Source: Ignavibacteria bacterium (GTDB lineage Bacteria; Bacteroidota; Ignavibacteria; Tepidaquicellales; OLB5). Taken from it: a stretch of 64,000 nucleotides of DNA. A program made the position numbers and the translations under genes. Location: contig JAYRXC010000003.1 of the NCBI GenBank assembly GCA_041917655.1, positions 70,264 to 134,263 of the forward strand, read 5' to 3'. Below are positions 37,014-46,174 of this stretch, piece by piece (position 1 is the first letter of the stretch; each line of letters begins with the position of its first letter). The notes under the pieces are model-generated. The model had not been told where the DNA came from, did not search any database, and worked only from the letters and a program-made list of their open reading frames with translations.

Positions 37014-38555
37014 ATGGGTGCATCAGATGACCTGTTTCAGCTGATAAAGTCTATGTCACGCTCCGAAAAGGGGTATTTCAAAAAATTCGCGTCAAAGCAT
37101 ACTATTGGTGAGAAGAACTCGTATGTAAAGCTGTTTGATGCGATTGATGCACAGGCATCATACGATGAAGACGCACTTAAACGAAAATTCAAAAATGACC
37201 GTTTTGTCAGTTCGCTTTATTCAACCAAAAACTACCTGTTTAACCTCACACTCAAGTCACTAAGCGCATACCACTCCGAAAAATATGCCGTATCGAAGCT
37301 CAACAATATGCTGACTGAGCTGAATGTACTATTCGAAAAAGGGCTGTACAAACAGTTCCGCACTCTGCTTAACAAAGCAATAGAATTCGCAAAGAAGAAC
37401 GATAAAATGTACTACCTCGCCATTCTCTATAATAAACAGCTGACATACGTGGCAACAGATTATTACGCATCAGACAATCATCTTGAGTTCAGTAATATAA
37501 AGAACAGGACACTTGATACTCTTGACAGGCTGAAGATTGATGAAGAATACCATATTATCTATAACGAGCTTTTCCTGTTCTCTAAACAGACCGGCTCTGT
37601 AAGAAATATTAAAGACCTTGAAAAGCTTAACGCTATACTTGATAACCCAATAATGAAGGATGAGAAGTATGCAGTAAACTTTGACGCGCGTTTCAAGTAT
37701 TATTCCATTTGGGGGCATTATTACCGCATTCTTAACGATATCGAAAACTGGTACAGATACCGCAAAGCGCTACTGGAACTTATGGAAAGCGATGATAAGT
37801 ACATCCGCGAAAACCCCAGGAGCTATGTACTGGCACTAAACAATTATCTGAATGTTTGTATTGCATATAACCGTTCGGTTGAGTTCGCGCATAATCTTCA
37901 AAAGCTTAAGAAATTCGCCGAACAGTTCGAGAACAAAAAGGAATTTATAGACCTCCACACAAGGATATTTCTGCTTGTAAGCGATCTTGAGCTCAGTTTC
38001 GCGATAAAGACCGGCAAAGCTGATAAGCTGAGCGAGATCATTACTGATATTGAGACCGGGCTAGCCGTATATGAAAAACTTATCCTCGAGAACCGGAAAA
38101 CTTCTCTGTATAACCGTATTGCTTATGCCTGTTTCCTAACCGGCGACTTTGAAAAGAGCATTTATTATACAAACCGCATAATGAATGCGGCTAACCCGAA
38201 ACTGGAGCCAGAACAACATATGCTTGCAAGGATAAGAAGCCTTATTGTGCATTTCGAAGCCGGAAATTATGAGCTGATTGAGTACAGCATAAAATCCACA
38301 ATGCGGTTCCTCAAAAAAACCGACAGGGTTTTTAAATTTGAAAAGCTCATATTGAATTTCCTATCAAGGGCTGTTAAGTATGATAGCGACAGCGAAAGGA
38401 TAGAGCTTTACGAAAAGCTGAAGGCAGACATAAATAAAATTTCAAACGACCAGTTTGAAAAAAATGTACTGGAACAGTTTGATTTCATCTCATGGATTAA
38501 CAGCAAGATCCTCGATACTGAAATGCTGAAAGTTCTGAAAAAGAAGGCAGTATAA
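37014..38555 (+). CDS. Hypothetical all-helical (TPR-like) cytoplasmic protein
   Basis: Long ORF. I prefer the Met at 37014 (MGASDDLFQLIKSMSRSEKGYFKKF). No catalytic motif was recognised. Confidence 0.55.
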   Translation: MGASDDLFQLIKSMSRSEKGYFKKFASKHTIGEKNSYVKLFDAIDAQASYDEDALKRKFKNDRFVSSLYSTKNYLFNLTLKSLSAYHSEKYAVSKLNNMLTELNVLFEKGLYKQFRTLLNKAIEFAKKNDKMYYLAILYNKQLTYVATDYYASDNHLEFSNIKNRTLDTLDRLKIDEEYHIIYNELFLFSKQTGSVRNIKDLEKLNAILDNPIMKDEKYAVNFDARFKYYSIWGHYYRILNDIENWYRYRKALLELMESDDKYIRENPRSYVLALNNYLNVCIAYNRSVEFAHNLQKLKKFAEQFENKKEFIDLHTRIFLLVSDLELSFAIKTGKADKLSEIITDIETGLAVYEKLILENRKTSLYNRIAYACFLTGDFEKSIYYTNRIMNAANPKLEPEQHMLARIRSLIVHFEAGNYELIEYSIKSTMRFLKKTDRVFKFEKLILNFLSRAVKYDSDSERIELYEKLKADINKISNDQFEKNVLEQFDFISWINSKILDTEMLKVLKKKAV

Positions 38556-38587
38556 TTACACTTTTCTATGATCCATTTGCCGGATAA

Positions 38588-39748
38588 TCACGTGGCAAGA
38601 ATCTCTTCATAGTACTTTTCATATTCAGGAATAATTTTCTCTGCTGAAAACAAAGTAGTTGCCCGATCCAGCGCGTTTTCGGAAAATATCTTGTATTTAT
38701 TCGGGTCTTCAAGCAGCCTTAGGGCATAATCTGCCATTTTATCTACATCACCAATCTCTGCAATATATCCGGTTTCACCGTGCAGATTCAGCTCCGGCAG
38801 GCCGCCCGCGTTTGATGACACTACAGGAACACCGCATGCCATAGCCTCTAGCGCCGATAGGCCGAAACTCTCGGACTGCGAAGGCATAAGGAAAAGGTCG
38901 GAAACCGAAAGTATTTCGGTAAATGATTCCTGCTCACCGTAGAACTTAACATTTTCAGCTATCCCCAGATCCTTTGCAAGATATTCGCACTTGCTTCGTT
39001 CCGGTCCATCACCAATAAGCAGCAGCTTCGAAGGGATCTTATCATTAATTATCTTGAACGCGCGGATCGCATCATCAACTCTCTTCAGCGGCCGGAAGTT
39101 AGAAGTGTGAACAAGTATCTTCTCACCGTTAGCGGAAAGCTTCTCCTTAAGGCATTTTGTCTCGTTGTTATCGATCTTCTTGTAGATATCCTGGTTTATG
39201 AAATTCGGGATAACTTTTATATCCTTTGTGATTTCATATTGTGATTGTGTCTTGGTTTTCAGGAACTCCGAAACCGCCGTAACACCATCTGATTTCTGTA
39301 CAGAGAATTTCATTGTAGGCAAAAAACTGATTTCCAGACCTGTAAGTGTAATATCTGTTCCATGAAGTGTTGTTATGATCTTTATGTTGCGGTTATTTTT
39401 TTTCTTGGAAAGGACTTCTTCTTTTATTATCTCTCTCGCAAGGTATGCACTTGTAGCATGCGGAATAGCGTAATGAGCATGAACGAGATCCAGACCGTTG
39501 AACTTTGCCACTTCGACAATCTTGCTTGCCAATGCGATGCTGTACAGAGGGAAATCAAAAAGCGGGTAAGATGCTATTTCAACCTTATGAAAAAAGATGT
39601 TATCTGAAAATCCCATGTTTAAGCGCATGGGCATGCTGTATGAAATAAAATGCACTTGATGTCCGCGTGCTGCCAGCTCGATCCCAAGCTCTGTGGCAAC
39701 AACACCGCTTCCGCCATAAGTTGGATAACAAAGAATACCTATTTTCAT
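38588..39748 (-). CDS. bshA: N-acetyl-alpha-D-glucosaminyl L-malate synthase (GT4), bacillithiol biosynthesis
   Basis: The N-terminus MKIGILCYPTYGGSGVVATELGIELAARGHQVHFISY closely follows the BshA signature. GT4 E-x7-E region (ESFGLSALEAMACGVPVV). Confidence 0.85.
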   Translation of the reverse strand: MKIGILCYPTYGGSGVVATELGIELAARGHQVHFISYSMPMRLNMGFSDNIFFHKVEIASYPLFDFPLYSIALASKIVEVAKFNGLDLVHAHYAIPHATSAYLAREIIKEEVLSKKKNNRNIKIITTLHGTDITLTGLEISFLPTMKFSVQKSDGVTAVSEFLKTKTQSQYEITKDIKVIPNFINQDIYKKIDNNETKCLKEKLSANGEKILVHTSNFRPLKRVDDAIRAFKIINDKIPSKLLLIGDGPERSKCEYLAKDLGIAENVKFYGEQESFTEILSVSDLFLMPSQSESFGLSALEAMACGVPVVSSNAGGLPELNLHGETGYIAEIGDVDKMADYALRLLEDPNKYKIFSENALDRATTLFSAEKIIPEYEKYYEEILAT

Positions 39749-39877
39749 AAATAATATATATTTAGAAAGAAAATTATAAACCCGGTTTTATATGAAGAAT
39801 GCTAAAATAGGAAATTAAGTTAATAGTTACTAACCCAGTAACTTAACCCAAAGTGTATGTATGTTTAAAGTGACGAA

Positions 39878-40702
39878 TCAGGACCAAAAATCTTTTTTAT
39901 CAATTCCGATATGACACAAAGCAAAATCGTATTTAACAGGGTCTGCAGGGTCAAAACTGCGAAGCTTTTCAGTAAGTTCAACAGCAAATTTCAGGTCGAT
40001 CGCTCTGCGCTTTACAAGTTTTAGTTTTTTTGAGATACGGGCTATATGTGTATCAACAGGCATTACCAGTCTGGCGCTTCCCACTTCGCTCCATATCCCG
40101 GTATCAATTTCATCTTTCCTTACCATCCATCTTAGGAAAAGATTCATTCTTTTGCATGTGCTTCCGTTTGCAGGATCACTAAGCAGGTAATGATAATATT
40201 TTCCCCTGTTATGCCTCGAGGGTGAATTCAGCCCGGAGACAAAGCCGCTGAGTGCGCTCAATACATTTTCGTCATCAGCCGTCAATTCTTTCAAAAAGCG
40301 CTGCTTCAATGATCCATGTTCCCGCAGCGCAGAGCCAAGTGAAGCAAGCAGCTCTGCCAGATCATTTGATGTGTTGAATCTGTACTTAAGCCCCTCAATG
40401 TGCTTTTTATCTTTTCGTTTCTGAAAATTAATGGTAAATTCGTAAGGCTTGTTTGAACAGGTTTCAAGCAATGAGTTAATGAACCGGTTTATCTGTTCAA
40501 CTGAGCCATAGGCATACGCTGCCGTTAACAGCCCGGCAATTTCAATATCTTTTTCATCACTGAACCGGTGAAGGATCCAAACGGGATCTTTTGAAGAAAA
40601 TTTTTGCCTGTAGGCTAAATAGTGCTGCTCTAATTTTTCTTTTAAATCAGAATTTTTCAATAATACGGATGACAAAAATTTTTTTAATGGGCTCCGGATC
40701 AA
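39878..40702 (-). CDS. TIGR02757 (DUF2400) family protein
   Basis: Blocks DPVWILHRF...EIAGLLTAAYAYG, CKRMNLFLRWMVR and VDTHIARISKKL. Confidence 0.7.
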   Translation of the reverse strand: MIRSPLKKFLSSVLLKNSDLKEKLEQHYLAYRQKFSSKDPVWILHRFSDEKDIEIAGLLTAAYAYGSVEQINRFINSLLETCSNKPYEFTINFQKRKDKKHIEGLKYRFNTSNDLAELLASLGSALREHGSLKQRFLKELTADDENVLSALSGFVSGLNSPSRHNRGKYYHYLLSDPANGSTCKRMNLFLRWMVRKDEIDTGIWSEVGSARLVMPVDTHIARISKKLKLVKRRAIDLKFAVELTEKLRSFDPADPVKYDFALCHIGIDKKDFWS

Positions 40703-41343
40703 TCAATTCGGAGATACGCGAACTGCTGAACGGCAAAGCTGAATTTACTGAAGAAGTTGGAGATGCGGATTTGGTTATAAATTCAACTAATTATCCCGAG
40801 TACGAAAAATCAGAAGAGCTTCAGTATGTTGAATCACAGACCCCAAACAATGTACCTATTTTCACCTCTTCCTTGTGTTATGCTGTATCAGACCAATGTG
40901 CCCTCCAGGCAAATCCTGAAAGGCTTATTGGAATTGGCTTATATGATACATTTTCCAAAGCTAAACGCATCGAGATCGCGCCGTCAAAAATAACGCATCC
41001 CGAAATACTTAAAAATGCAGAAAAATTCTTGAATGAATCCGGCATCACCTACTCGGTTGTGCCTGATAGGGTTGGAATGATCTTCCCGAGAATTGTATCA
41101 ATGATTATCAACGAAGCTGTTCAGGTGTATTCTGAACAAATAGCATCAAAAGAAGATATTGATACCGCAATGAAGCTTGGTACAAACTATCCTTTCGGCC
41201 CGCTTGAATGGGCTGACAGGCTTGGTATTGGGCTGGTGTATAATATATTGGCGGGTCTACAGCGTGATTTTGGTGAGGACCGTTACAGGCCGCACCCCAC
41301 ACTGAAAGAAATGATGATGCTAAACAAAAAGTTTTACGAATAA
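40669..41343 (+). CDS. 3-hydroxyacyl-CoA dehydrogenase family protein (short, with a degenerate Rossmann N-terminus)
   Basis: C-terminal domain block IINEAV....E.IAS.EDIDTAMKLG.NYP.GPLEWADRLG. I prefer the start at 40669, which avoids a long overlap with 39878-40702. Confidence 0.55.
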   Translation: MTKIFLMGSGSINSEIRELLNGKAEFTEEVGDADLVINSTNYPEYEKSEELQYVESQTPNNVPIFTSSLCYAVSDQCALQANPERLIGIGLYDTFSKAKRIEIAPSKITHPEILKNAEKFLNESGITYSVVPDRVGMIFPRIVSMIINEAVQVYSEQIASKEDIDTAMKLGTNYPFGPLEWADRLGIGLVYNILAGLQRDFGEDRYRPHPTLKEMMMLNKKFYE

Positions 41344-41404
41344 ATTGCTCTAAACCTGCAGCTTCTATACTTGCAACCTGAAACCTTCAGCCTGCAAATT
41401 AACT

Positions 41405-42358
41405 TTATATATCAACATCATCTGCCGATGTGATCCAGTTAATATTCCGGTCTCTTCTGAACCATGTCATCTGCCTTTTCGCGTAGCGGCGAGTGTTTTG
41501 TTTAATAAGCTCTAACATCACTTTCCGTGATATCTTCCCGTCCAGATAGTCAAACACTTCCTTGGCACCAACAGTGTTAAGTGAGTTATGCGTCTTGTAA
41601 TGGTACCCTTTATCTTTCAATCCTGAAATTTCTTCTATCATTCCTGCCGCCAGCATTTGCTCTGCACGCCTGTTTATGCGGTCATACAGTTCTTGCCTCG
41701 GCATTTCCACAGCATAGAGCATAGGTTTGAATTTTATAGCAATTTTCTTTTTCCTGTGTTCAGAAACAGGCAAGCCTGTAACATAATATACTTCCAGCGC
41801 CCTTATGACCCTGCGGTCTGTTATTTCTTTTATCGAATCGAAAGTTTCAGGATCAATTCTCTTCAGTTCATCTGCCAGGTCGGGTAGACCGTTTTTTTCG
41901 AGTCTATCATACAGCTCTTTGCGGATAGAAGCCTGTTTAGCTTCAATTTCAGCGGCATGGCTTTCATCATATTCAAACAATCCATATATAAGCGAGTTTA
42001 TATAAAGCCCGCTGCCTCCCACCACAAGCGGTATCTTTCCTTCTTTTAGTATTCTGTCAATCAGCTCTCTGCCCAGCTTACCAAATGAACCTGCATTAAA
42101 GCTTTCCTCAGGTTCAAGCTCGTTTATGAAATGATGCCTGAACATTTTAAGCTCTTCTTCCGAAGGCTGCGCGCTGGTAACGGGGAAATATCTATATACC
42201 TGGCGGGAATCAGCAGAAATTATTTCCACATCCCTGTTCCTTAGCTTACTGATTTTTTGTGCAATGCTTAATGAAAGGGGTGTTTTGCCTGAAGCCGTCG
42301 GGCCGGTTATGACAATAACCTCAGGTATACTGCTGTTCATTTCAGGCTTTCCAGCCAT
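41405..42358 (-). CDS. miaA: tRNA dimethylallyltransferase
   Basis: P-loop VIVITGPTASGKT. Also has SADSRQVYR and YAKRQMTWFR. The start may be the Met at 42340. Confidence 0.9.
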   Translation of the reverse strand: MAGKPEMNSSIPEVIVITGPTASGKTPLSLSIAQKISKLRNRDVEIISADSRQVYRYFPVTSAQPSEEELKMFRHHFINELEPEESFNAGSFGKLGRELIDRILKEGKIPLVVGGSGLYINSLIYGLFEYDESHAAEIEAKQASIRKELYDRLEKNGLPDLADELKRIDPETFDSIKEITDRRVIRALEVYYVTGLPVSEHRKKKIAIKFKPMLYAVEMPRQELYDRINRRAEQMLAAGMIEEISGLKDKGYHYKTHNSLNTVGAKEVFDYLDGKISRKVMLELIKQNTRRYAKRQMTWFRRDRNINWITSADDVDI

Positions 42359-42980
42359 CTTCGCCGATTAATGGAACAAACTTGAAATAATCATAATACT
42401 TCTTCGCCAAACCTTCTTTCAAATTTGTAATTACAAGCAAACGCTGTGACTGCTGGTCGCCTATCGGGACAATCAGCTTACCGTTTGCAGAAAGCTGTTC
42501 TACCAAATGATTCGGTATATCCGGTGCACCTGCGGTAACTATTATTTTATCGAAGGGCGCAAATTCTTCCCATCCAAGTGTGCCGTCATCAAGCTTTAGT
42601 AACACATTGTACCCAAGCTCCGCAAGCAGGGATTTTGCGTTTTCATGCAGCTTCTCTATTCTTTCCACAGAATATACTTCAGCTCCAATCTTGCATAACA
42701 CTGCTGCCTGGTATCCTGAACCTGTTCCAATTTCAAGTATCTTGTCGCCGGGCTTTACTTCCAGTACCTGCGTCATAAACGCTACCGTAAAGGGCTGCGA
42801 TATCGTTTGCGCGCATTCGATCGGAAGCGCATTATCATCATAAGCGAAACGCCTCAGCGCTGATGAAATGAATTTTTCGCGGGGTATCTCATATATGGCT
42901 TTAAGCACGCGCTCATCCCTTATGCCTTTATTCCACAGGGTTTCGGCCAGCTTCCGTTTTTCTTCTTCAAGAAGAAGCAT
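42342..42980 (-). CDS. pcm: Protein-L-isoaspartate O-methyltransferase
   Basis: TISQPFTVAFM, the SAM motif ILEIGTGSGYQAAVL, and VTAGAP.IP..L..QL..GG.LV.P. Confidence 0.9.
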   Translation of the reverse strand: MLLLEEEKRKLAETLWNKGIRDERVLKAIYEIPREKFISSALRRFAYDDNALPIECAQTISQPFTVAFMTQVLEVKPGDKILEIGTGSGYQAAVLCKIGAEVYSVERIEKLHENAKSLLAELGYNVLLKLDDGTLGWEEFAPFDKIIVTAGAPDIPNHLVEQLSANGKLIVPIGDQQSQRLLVITNLKEGLAKKYYDYFKFVPLIGEDGWKA

Positions 42981-43004
42981 TACAGTTTAGTTCCCCTACT
43001 ATGA

Positions 43005-43829
43005 TTATTCTTCATCCATCTCTTCAAATATCTCTTTAACCTCTTCCTTCACATCGGTTGATTCGAGTTCCTTCTGCATTTCACGCTTCAGCTCATCAAG
43101 GCCTGAAACAAATTTCAGTTTGCCGTCTTCAGCAATTGAAATTCCTCCGGTTTCTTCGGAAAGGATTATTACAAGTGCATTTACATCTTCCGATGCTCCC
43201 AGCCCCGCACGGTGGCGGGTACCAAGCTTCCGGTTCCCAATTTTTTCCGTAGAAGATAGCGGCAGAATGCAACGGGCAGCTTCGATAATATTATTATTTA
43301 TTATTACTGCTCCATCATGAAGGGGGGATTTTGTGCTGAATATTGAAATGAGAAGTTCTTTGCTCACTTTAGCCTGAAGGGGCTCTCCTGTTTCAACAAA
43401 GGAAGTGAGTCTGTCGCCCATTGAAATGACTATCAAGGCTCCCTGCTTGCGTTCTTTCAGTTCCTTTAACCCGTCAACTATCTCATTGATGGTTTCGCTG
43501 GCGTTTATTTTAAGGAAATACCTCGCAATTCTTGTTCGGCCTATTACCAGCAGCAGCCTTCGTATTTCCGGCTGAAAAAGTATAATAAATGCTATCACCC
43601 ATATATCTGTCAACCGGCTGAATATCCACCCGAGCGAACGCATGTTGAATGTTTGTGCTATAAGCGATGCTATTATTATAAGGGTCAGACCAAGGAAGAT
43701 CTGCGAGGCAATTGTGCCGCGCATAACAAGGTATAGCTTATAAAAGATGTAAGTTACGATAATTATATCTATTACATCAATTAAACCTACCTTTATAAAC
43801 CCGATTTCGAACAATTCCATGGTGAACAA
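43005..43829 (-). CDS. cdaA: Diadenylate cyclase (DisA_N/CdaA type), with three N-terminal TM helices and an acidic C-terminus
   Basis: GALIVI, DGAVII and TRHRAGLGASE..DALVIILSEETGGIS blocks. Confidence 0.85.
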   Translation of the reverse strand: MFTMELFEIGFIKVGLIDVIDIIIVTYIFYKLYLVMRGTIASQIFLGLTLIIIASLIAQTFNMRSLGWIFSRLTDIWVIAFIILFQPEIRRLLLVIGRTRIARYFLKINASETINEIVDGLKELKERKQGALIVISMGDRLTSFVETGEPLQAKVSKELLISIFSTKSPLHDGAVIINNNIIEAARCILPLSSTEKIGNRKLGTRHRAGLGASEDVNALVIILSEETGGISIAEDGKLKFVSGLDELKREMQKELESTDVKEEVKEIFEEMDEE

Positions 43830-43922
43830 ATTTAATGATTTGGCTTTTTACATAATAGTTAATAATTTTGAATAATCCGCAAGCGGAAATCCGCTTTATC
43901 AAAAATTTGGAACAAATGAATT

Positions 43923-44495
43923 ATGCCTAAAGAAATTATCCGCTGCCCGTGGTGCGGAACAGATCCCGTTTACATGAGATATCATGACGAAGAGTGGGGA
44001 GTGCCGCTGCATGATGACCAAAAACTGTTTGAATTTATTGTTCTGGAAGGATTCCAGGCTGGATTAAGCTGGCGAACTATACTACATAAGAGAGAAAATT
44101 TCAGAAAAGCATTTGATGGATTCGATGCACATAAGATAGCCCGGTACACTGACAAAAAAATTGAGAAGCTGATGAATGATGCTGGTATAATCCGCAATAA
44201 ACTCAAGATCCTGGCTTCAATTTCAAATGCCAGGGCATATCTTGATATAGTGGGGCAGCATGGCTCGTTTGATAAATACCTCTGGCAGTTCACAGATGGC
44301 AGGGTGATCAATAATGAATGGAAAAGCCTAAAGGAGCTTCCGGCACGGACAAAGGAATCAGACGCAATGAGCAGAAAGCTGAAGGAGGATGGATTCAAGT
44401 TCGTTGGCTCTACTATTTGCTACGCAAACATGCAGGCAACGGGCATGGTAAATGATCATTTGGTTGATTGCCACAGGTATAAACGTGTAAAATGA
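43923..44495 (+). CDS. tag: DNA-3-methyladenine glycosylase I
   Basis: RC.W...DP.Y..YHD.EWG.P..DD..LFE...LEGFQAGLSW, and 190 aa in length. Confidence 0.9.
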   Translation: MPKEIIRCPWCGTDPVYMRYHDEEWGVPLHDDQKLFEFIVLEGFQAGLSWRTILHKRENFRKAFDGFDAHKIARYTDKKIEKLMNDAGIIRNKLKILASISNARAYLDIVGQHGSFDKYLWQFTDGRVINNEWKSLKELPARTKESDAMSRKLKEDGFKFVGSTICYANMQATGMVNDHLVDCHRYKRVK

Positions 44496-44578
44496 CTGTA
44501 TTTAAAGCAAAGTTAGCTGTCATATAATTTGCTGACAAATGTCATTATTTGTTTAACCTGTCATTGTTATTTTGCAAT

Positions 44579-45397
44579 ATGAAAAATACCATTCTAATAT
44601 TCTTTACTATAGGGCTATTTGTATCTTTTGTAAGCGGATGCGGTGAAGATAATGTATCACCTCTCAATAATCAGCAGGATGAGTATGTAAAGGTCGCTTC
44701 GGCTGAGAGCGGCAATGTTAAATTTGAGATCTGGACAACCGGGAACGACACTTTAATGACCGGTTATAATAAAGTAGGCTTCAAAGTTTATGAGAACGGG
44801 CAGCCGAAAACCAGCGGTTCAGTTAAGTTCTATGCGAAGATGTTCCATTTCAGCTCAACTGATTTTCACGCCACGCCTGTTGAACCCGAATACTTATATG
44901 ATAACTCACTCGGGATGTTCACCGGGTATATTATCATGTTAATGCCTTCAGATACTTCAAGCAGATGGTACGGCTTCTACAGCTACAATGATATCCTGCG
45001 TGTTGATTCATCGAGGTTTGATGTAGGGTGGGATAACCTTACAAAGTTTAAAATATTTACTGACCTGAATACAAATCTCAGCTATTTGATAACAATGACC
45101 TCGCCTGTGCTTCCTGTTAGAGGATACAATGACTTCATTTGCCTTTTGCATGAGTCACCTGATTTCCTTAGTTTCACGCAGGTCAACACTGCCAGCATGT
45201 TTCTAAGGGTTAGGCTTGATTCGCTTAACCACACTTCGTCAGATAATATCAACCCGGTTTATACCGGAGGCGGATTCTACAAAGGCAGGGTGAATTTTGA
45301 TTACAGCGGCGGATGGAAAGTTTATGATTCCATTTATTATAATAACACCAACATAACCAACTTCGGTACTCCATACATCTATTACAATGTGCCATAA
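44579..45397 (+). CDS. Hypothetical lipoprotein
   Basis: The Met at 44579 gives MKNTILIFFTIGLFVSFVSGC (a lipobox). No other motif was recognised. Confidence 0.55.
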   Translation: MKNTILIFFTIGLFVSFVSGCGEDNVSPLNNQQDEYVKVASAESGNVKFEIWTTGNDTLMTGYNKVGFKVYENGQPKTSGSVKFYAKMFHFSSTDFHATPVEPEYLYDNSLGMFTGYIIMLMPSDTSSRWYGFYSYNDILRVDSSRFDVGWDNLTKFKIFTDLNTNLSYLITMTSPVLPVRGYNDFICLLHESPDFLSFTQVNTASMFLRVRLDSLNHTSSDNINPVYTGGGFYKGRVNFDYSGGWKVYDSIYYNNTNITNFGTPYIYYNVP

Positions 45398-45519
45398 AGG
45401 CCCGGTGAAGTCTAATAGATATGTTTCCCTGAGCTGAAACTAAGTACACGACAGTAGACAAATAAAACCCTACAAACTTTGTTAGAAGAAGTTTCTTGAC
45501 TCTGGATTTCAATAAACTT

Positions 45520-45621
45520 GACCTCACCCCCTGACCCCCTCTCCTGACAGGAGAGGGGGAACCAAAATTGTTGAGTTTTTTCTCCCCTCTCCCTTTGGGA
45601 GAGGGGTTGGGGGTGAGGGTC
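45520..45621. repeat. Nested GC-rich hairpin element (three-way junction)
   Basis: Outer stem CTCACCCCC (45523-45531) pairs with GGGGGTGAG (45609-45617). Inner hairpins are at 45535-45559 (CCCCCTCTCCTG/CAGGAGAGGGGG) and 45584-45606 (CCCCTCTCCC-TTT-GGGAGAGGGG). Confidence 0.7.
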
Positions 45622-45767
45622 GAATGCAAAACTACTGAGTAAATGTTTCACCGTCGTGTACTAAGGAGCTGAAAATTCCTTATATTTTGGGCTTTAATAA
45701 TTCAGAGTAATTTGTTAAATTTGTAAAATAGCAAATATGACGTTTTTTTGATATATTTGCGCAGCAC

Positions 45768-45849
45768 GGAGAGCTCGCATAATGGTATTGCAGCGGTCTT
45801 GAAAACCGCCGGGCGCAAGCCTGTGGGGGTTCGAGTCCCTCGCTCTCCG
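45768..45849 (+). tRNA. tRNA-Ser (anticodon UGA), class II
   Basis: Hand-folded. Acceptor GGAGAGC/GCTCTCC, 3-bp D stem, anticodon arm GCGGT-CTTGAAA-ACCGC, 15-nt variable arm with a GCAA loop, T arm GGGGG-TTCGAGT-CCCTC, discriminator G. TATATTTG lies 9 nt upstream. Confidence 0.85.
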
Positions 45850-45903
45850 CAAAACCATTCAATACTACAAGGGGTTGTTTACCCCTTGTTTTCTTTAACA
45901 CTC

Positions 45904-45990
45904 GGAGAGGTGCAAGAGTGGTTGAATTGGCCACCCTGGAAAGGTGGTATACCGGTAACGGTATCGTGGGTTCGAATCCCACCTTCTCCG
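45904..45990 (+). tRNA. tRNA-Ser (anticodon GGA), class II
   Basis: Hand-folded. Acceptor GGAGAGG/CTTCTCC (one G-U pair), anticodon arm CCACC-CTGGAAA-GGTGG, 18-nt variable arm TACCG-GTAA-CGGTA, T arm GTGGG-TTCGAAT-CCCAC, discriminator G. Confidence 0.9.
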
Positions 45991-46058
45991 CTTTGAATTT
46001 CAGAATGATCGTGGGTTCTCCCAAAGGGACTCTCGAAGATTCCTTTGGAACTTCGGAG

Positions 46059-46079
46059 GAATCCCACCTTCTCCGCTTT
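46059..46079 (+). repeat. 21-bp direct repeat of the tRNA-Ser(GGA) 3' end (att-like)
   Basis: GAATCCCACCTTCTCCGCTTT occurs at 45974-45994 (inside and just after the tRNA) and again at 46059-46079. Confidence 0.9.
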
Positions 46080-46121
46080 AAGTTTTTAGATTATTATCGT
46101 ACGCTAAAATGCGAAGTTAAT

Positions 46122-46156
46122 AAAAAGGCCGGACTTTAGTCCGGCCTTTCTGTTTT
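46122..46156. terminator. Bidirectional rho-independent terminator
   Basis: An A-run, the GGCCGGAC-TTTA-GTCCGGCC stem-loop, then TTTCTGTTTTT. It lies between the tRNA genes and the convergent peptidase gene. Confidence 0.75.
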
Positions 46157-46174
46157 TACCTAAATGAATATTTC

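Noticed and set aside
40591-40702. 112-nt overlap between the track ORF start at 40591 and the divergent TIGR02757 gene
   Set aside because: The extension has no homology to dehydrogenase N-termini. The Met at 40669 begins the degenerate glycine-rich (Rossmann-like) segment MTKIFLMGSGS, so the shorter gene model is preferred.
45249-45651. ORFs of 126 and 79 aa containing the PSPKGRGE / PLSQRERGE peptides
   Set aside because: They are translations of the nested GC-rich hairpin element at 45520-45621 and overlap the end of the lipoprotein gene on the opposite strand. They are not credible genes.
45768-45849. Possibility that the first class II tRNA is tRNA-Sec, or a suppressor that could read the in-frame TAA at 22508
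   Set aside because: The 7-nt anticodon loop reads CTTGAAA, giving anticodon UGA (Ser). That is neither UCA (Sec) nor UUA (ochre suppressor). The acceptor and T stems fit the normal 7/5 geometry with discriminator G.
45680-46139. Four ORFs (114, 82, 62 and 73 aa) across the tRNA region
   Set aside because: They overlap the two hand-folded tRNA-Ser genes and their spacers.
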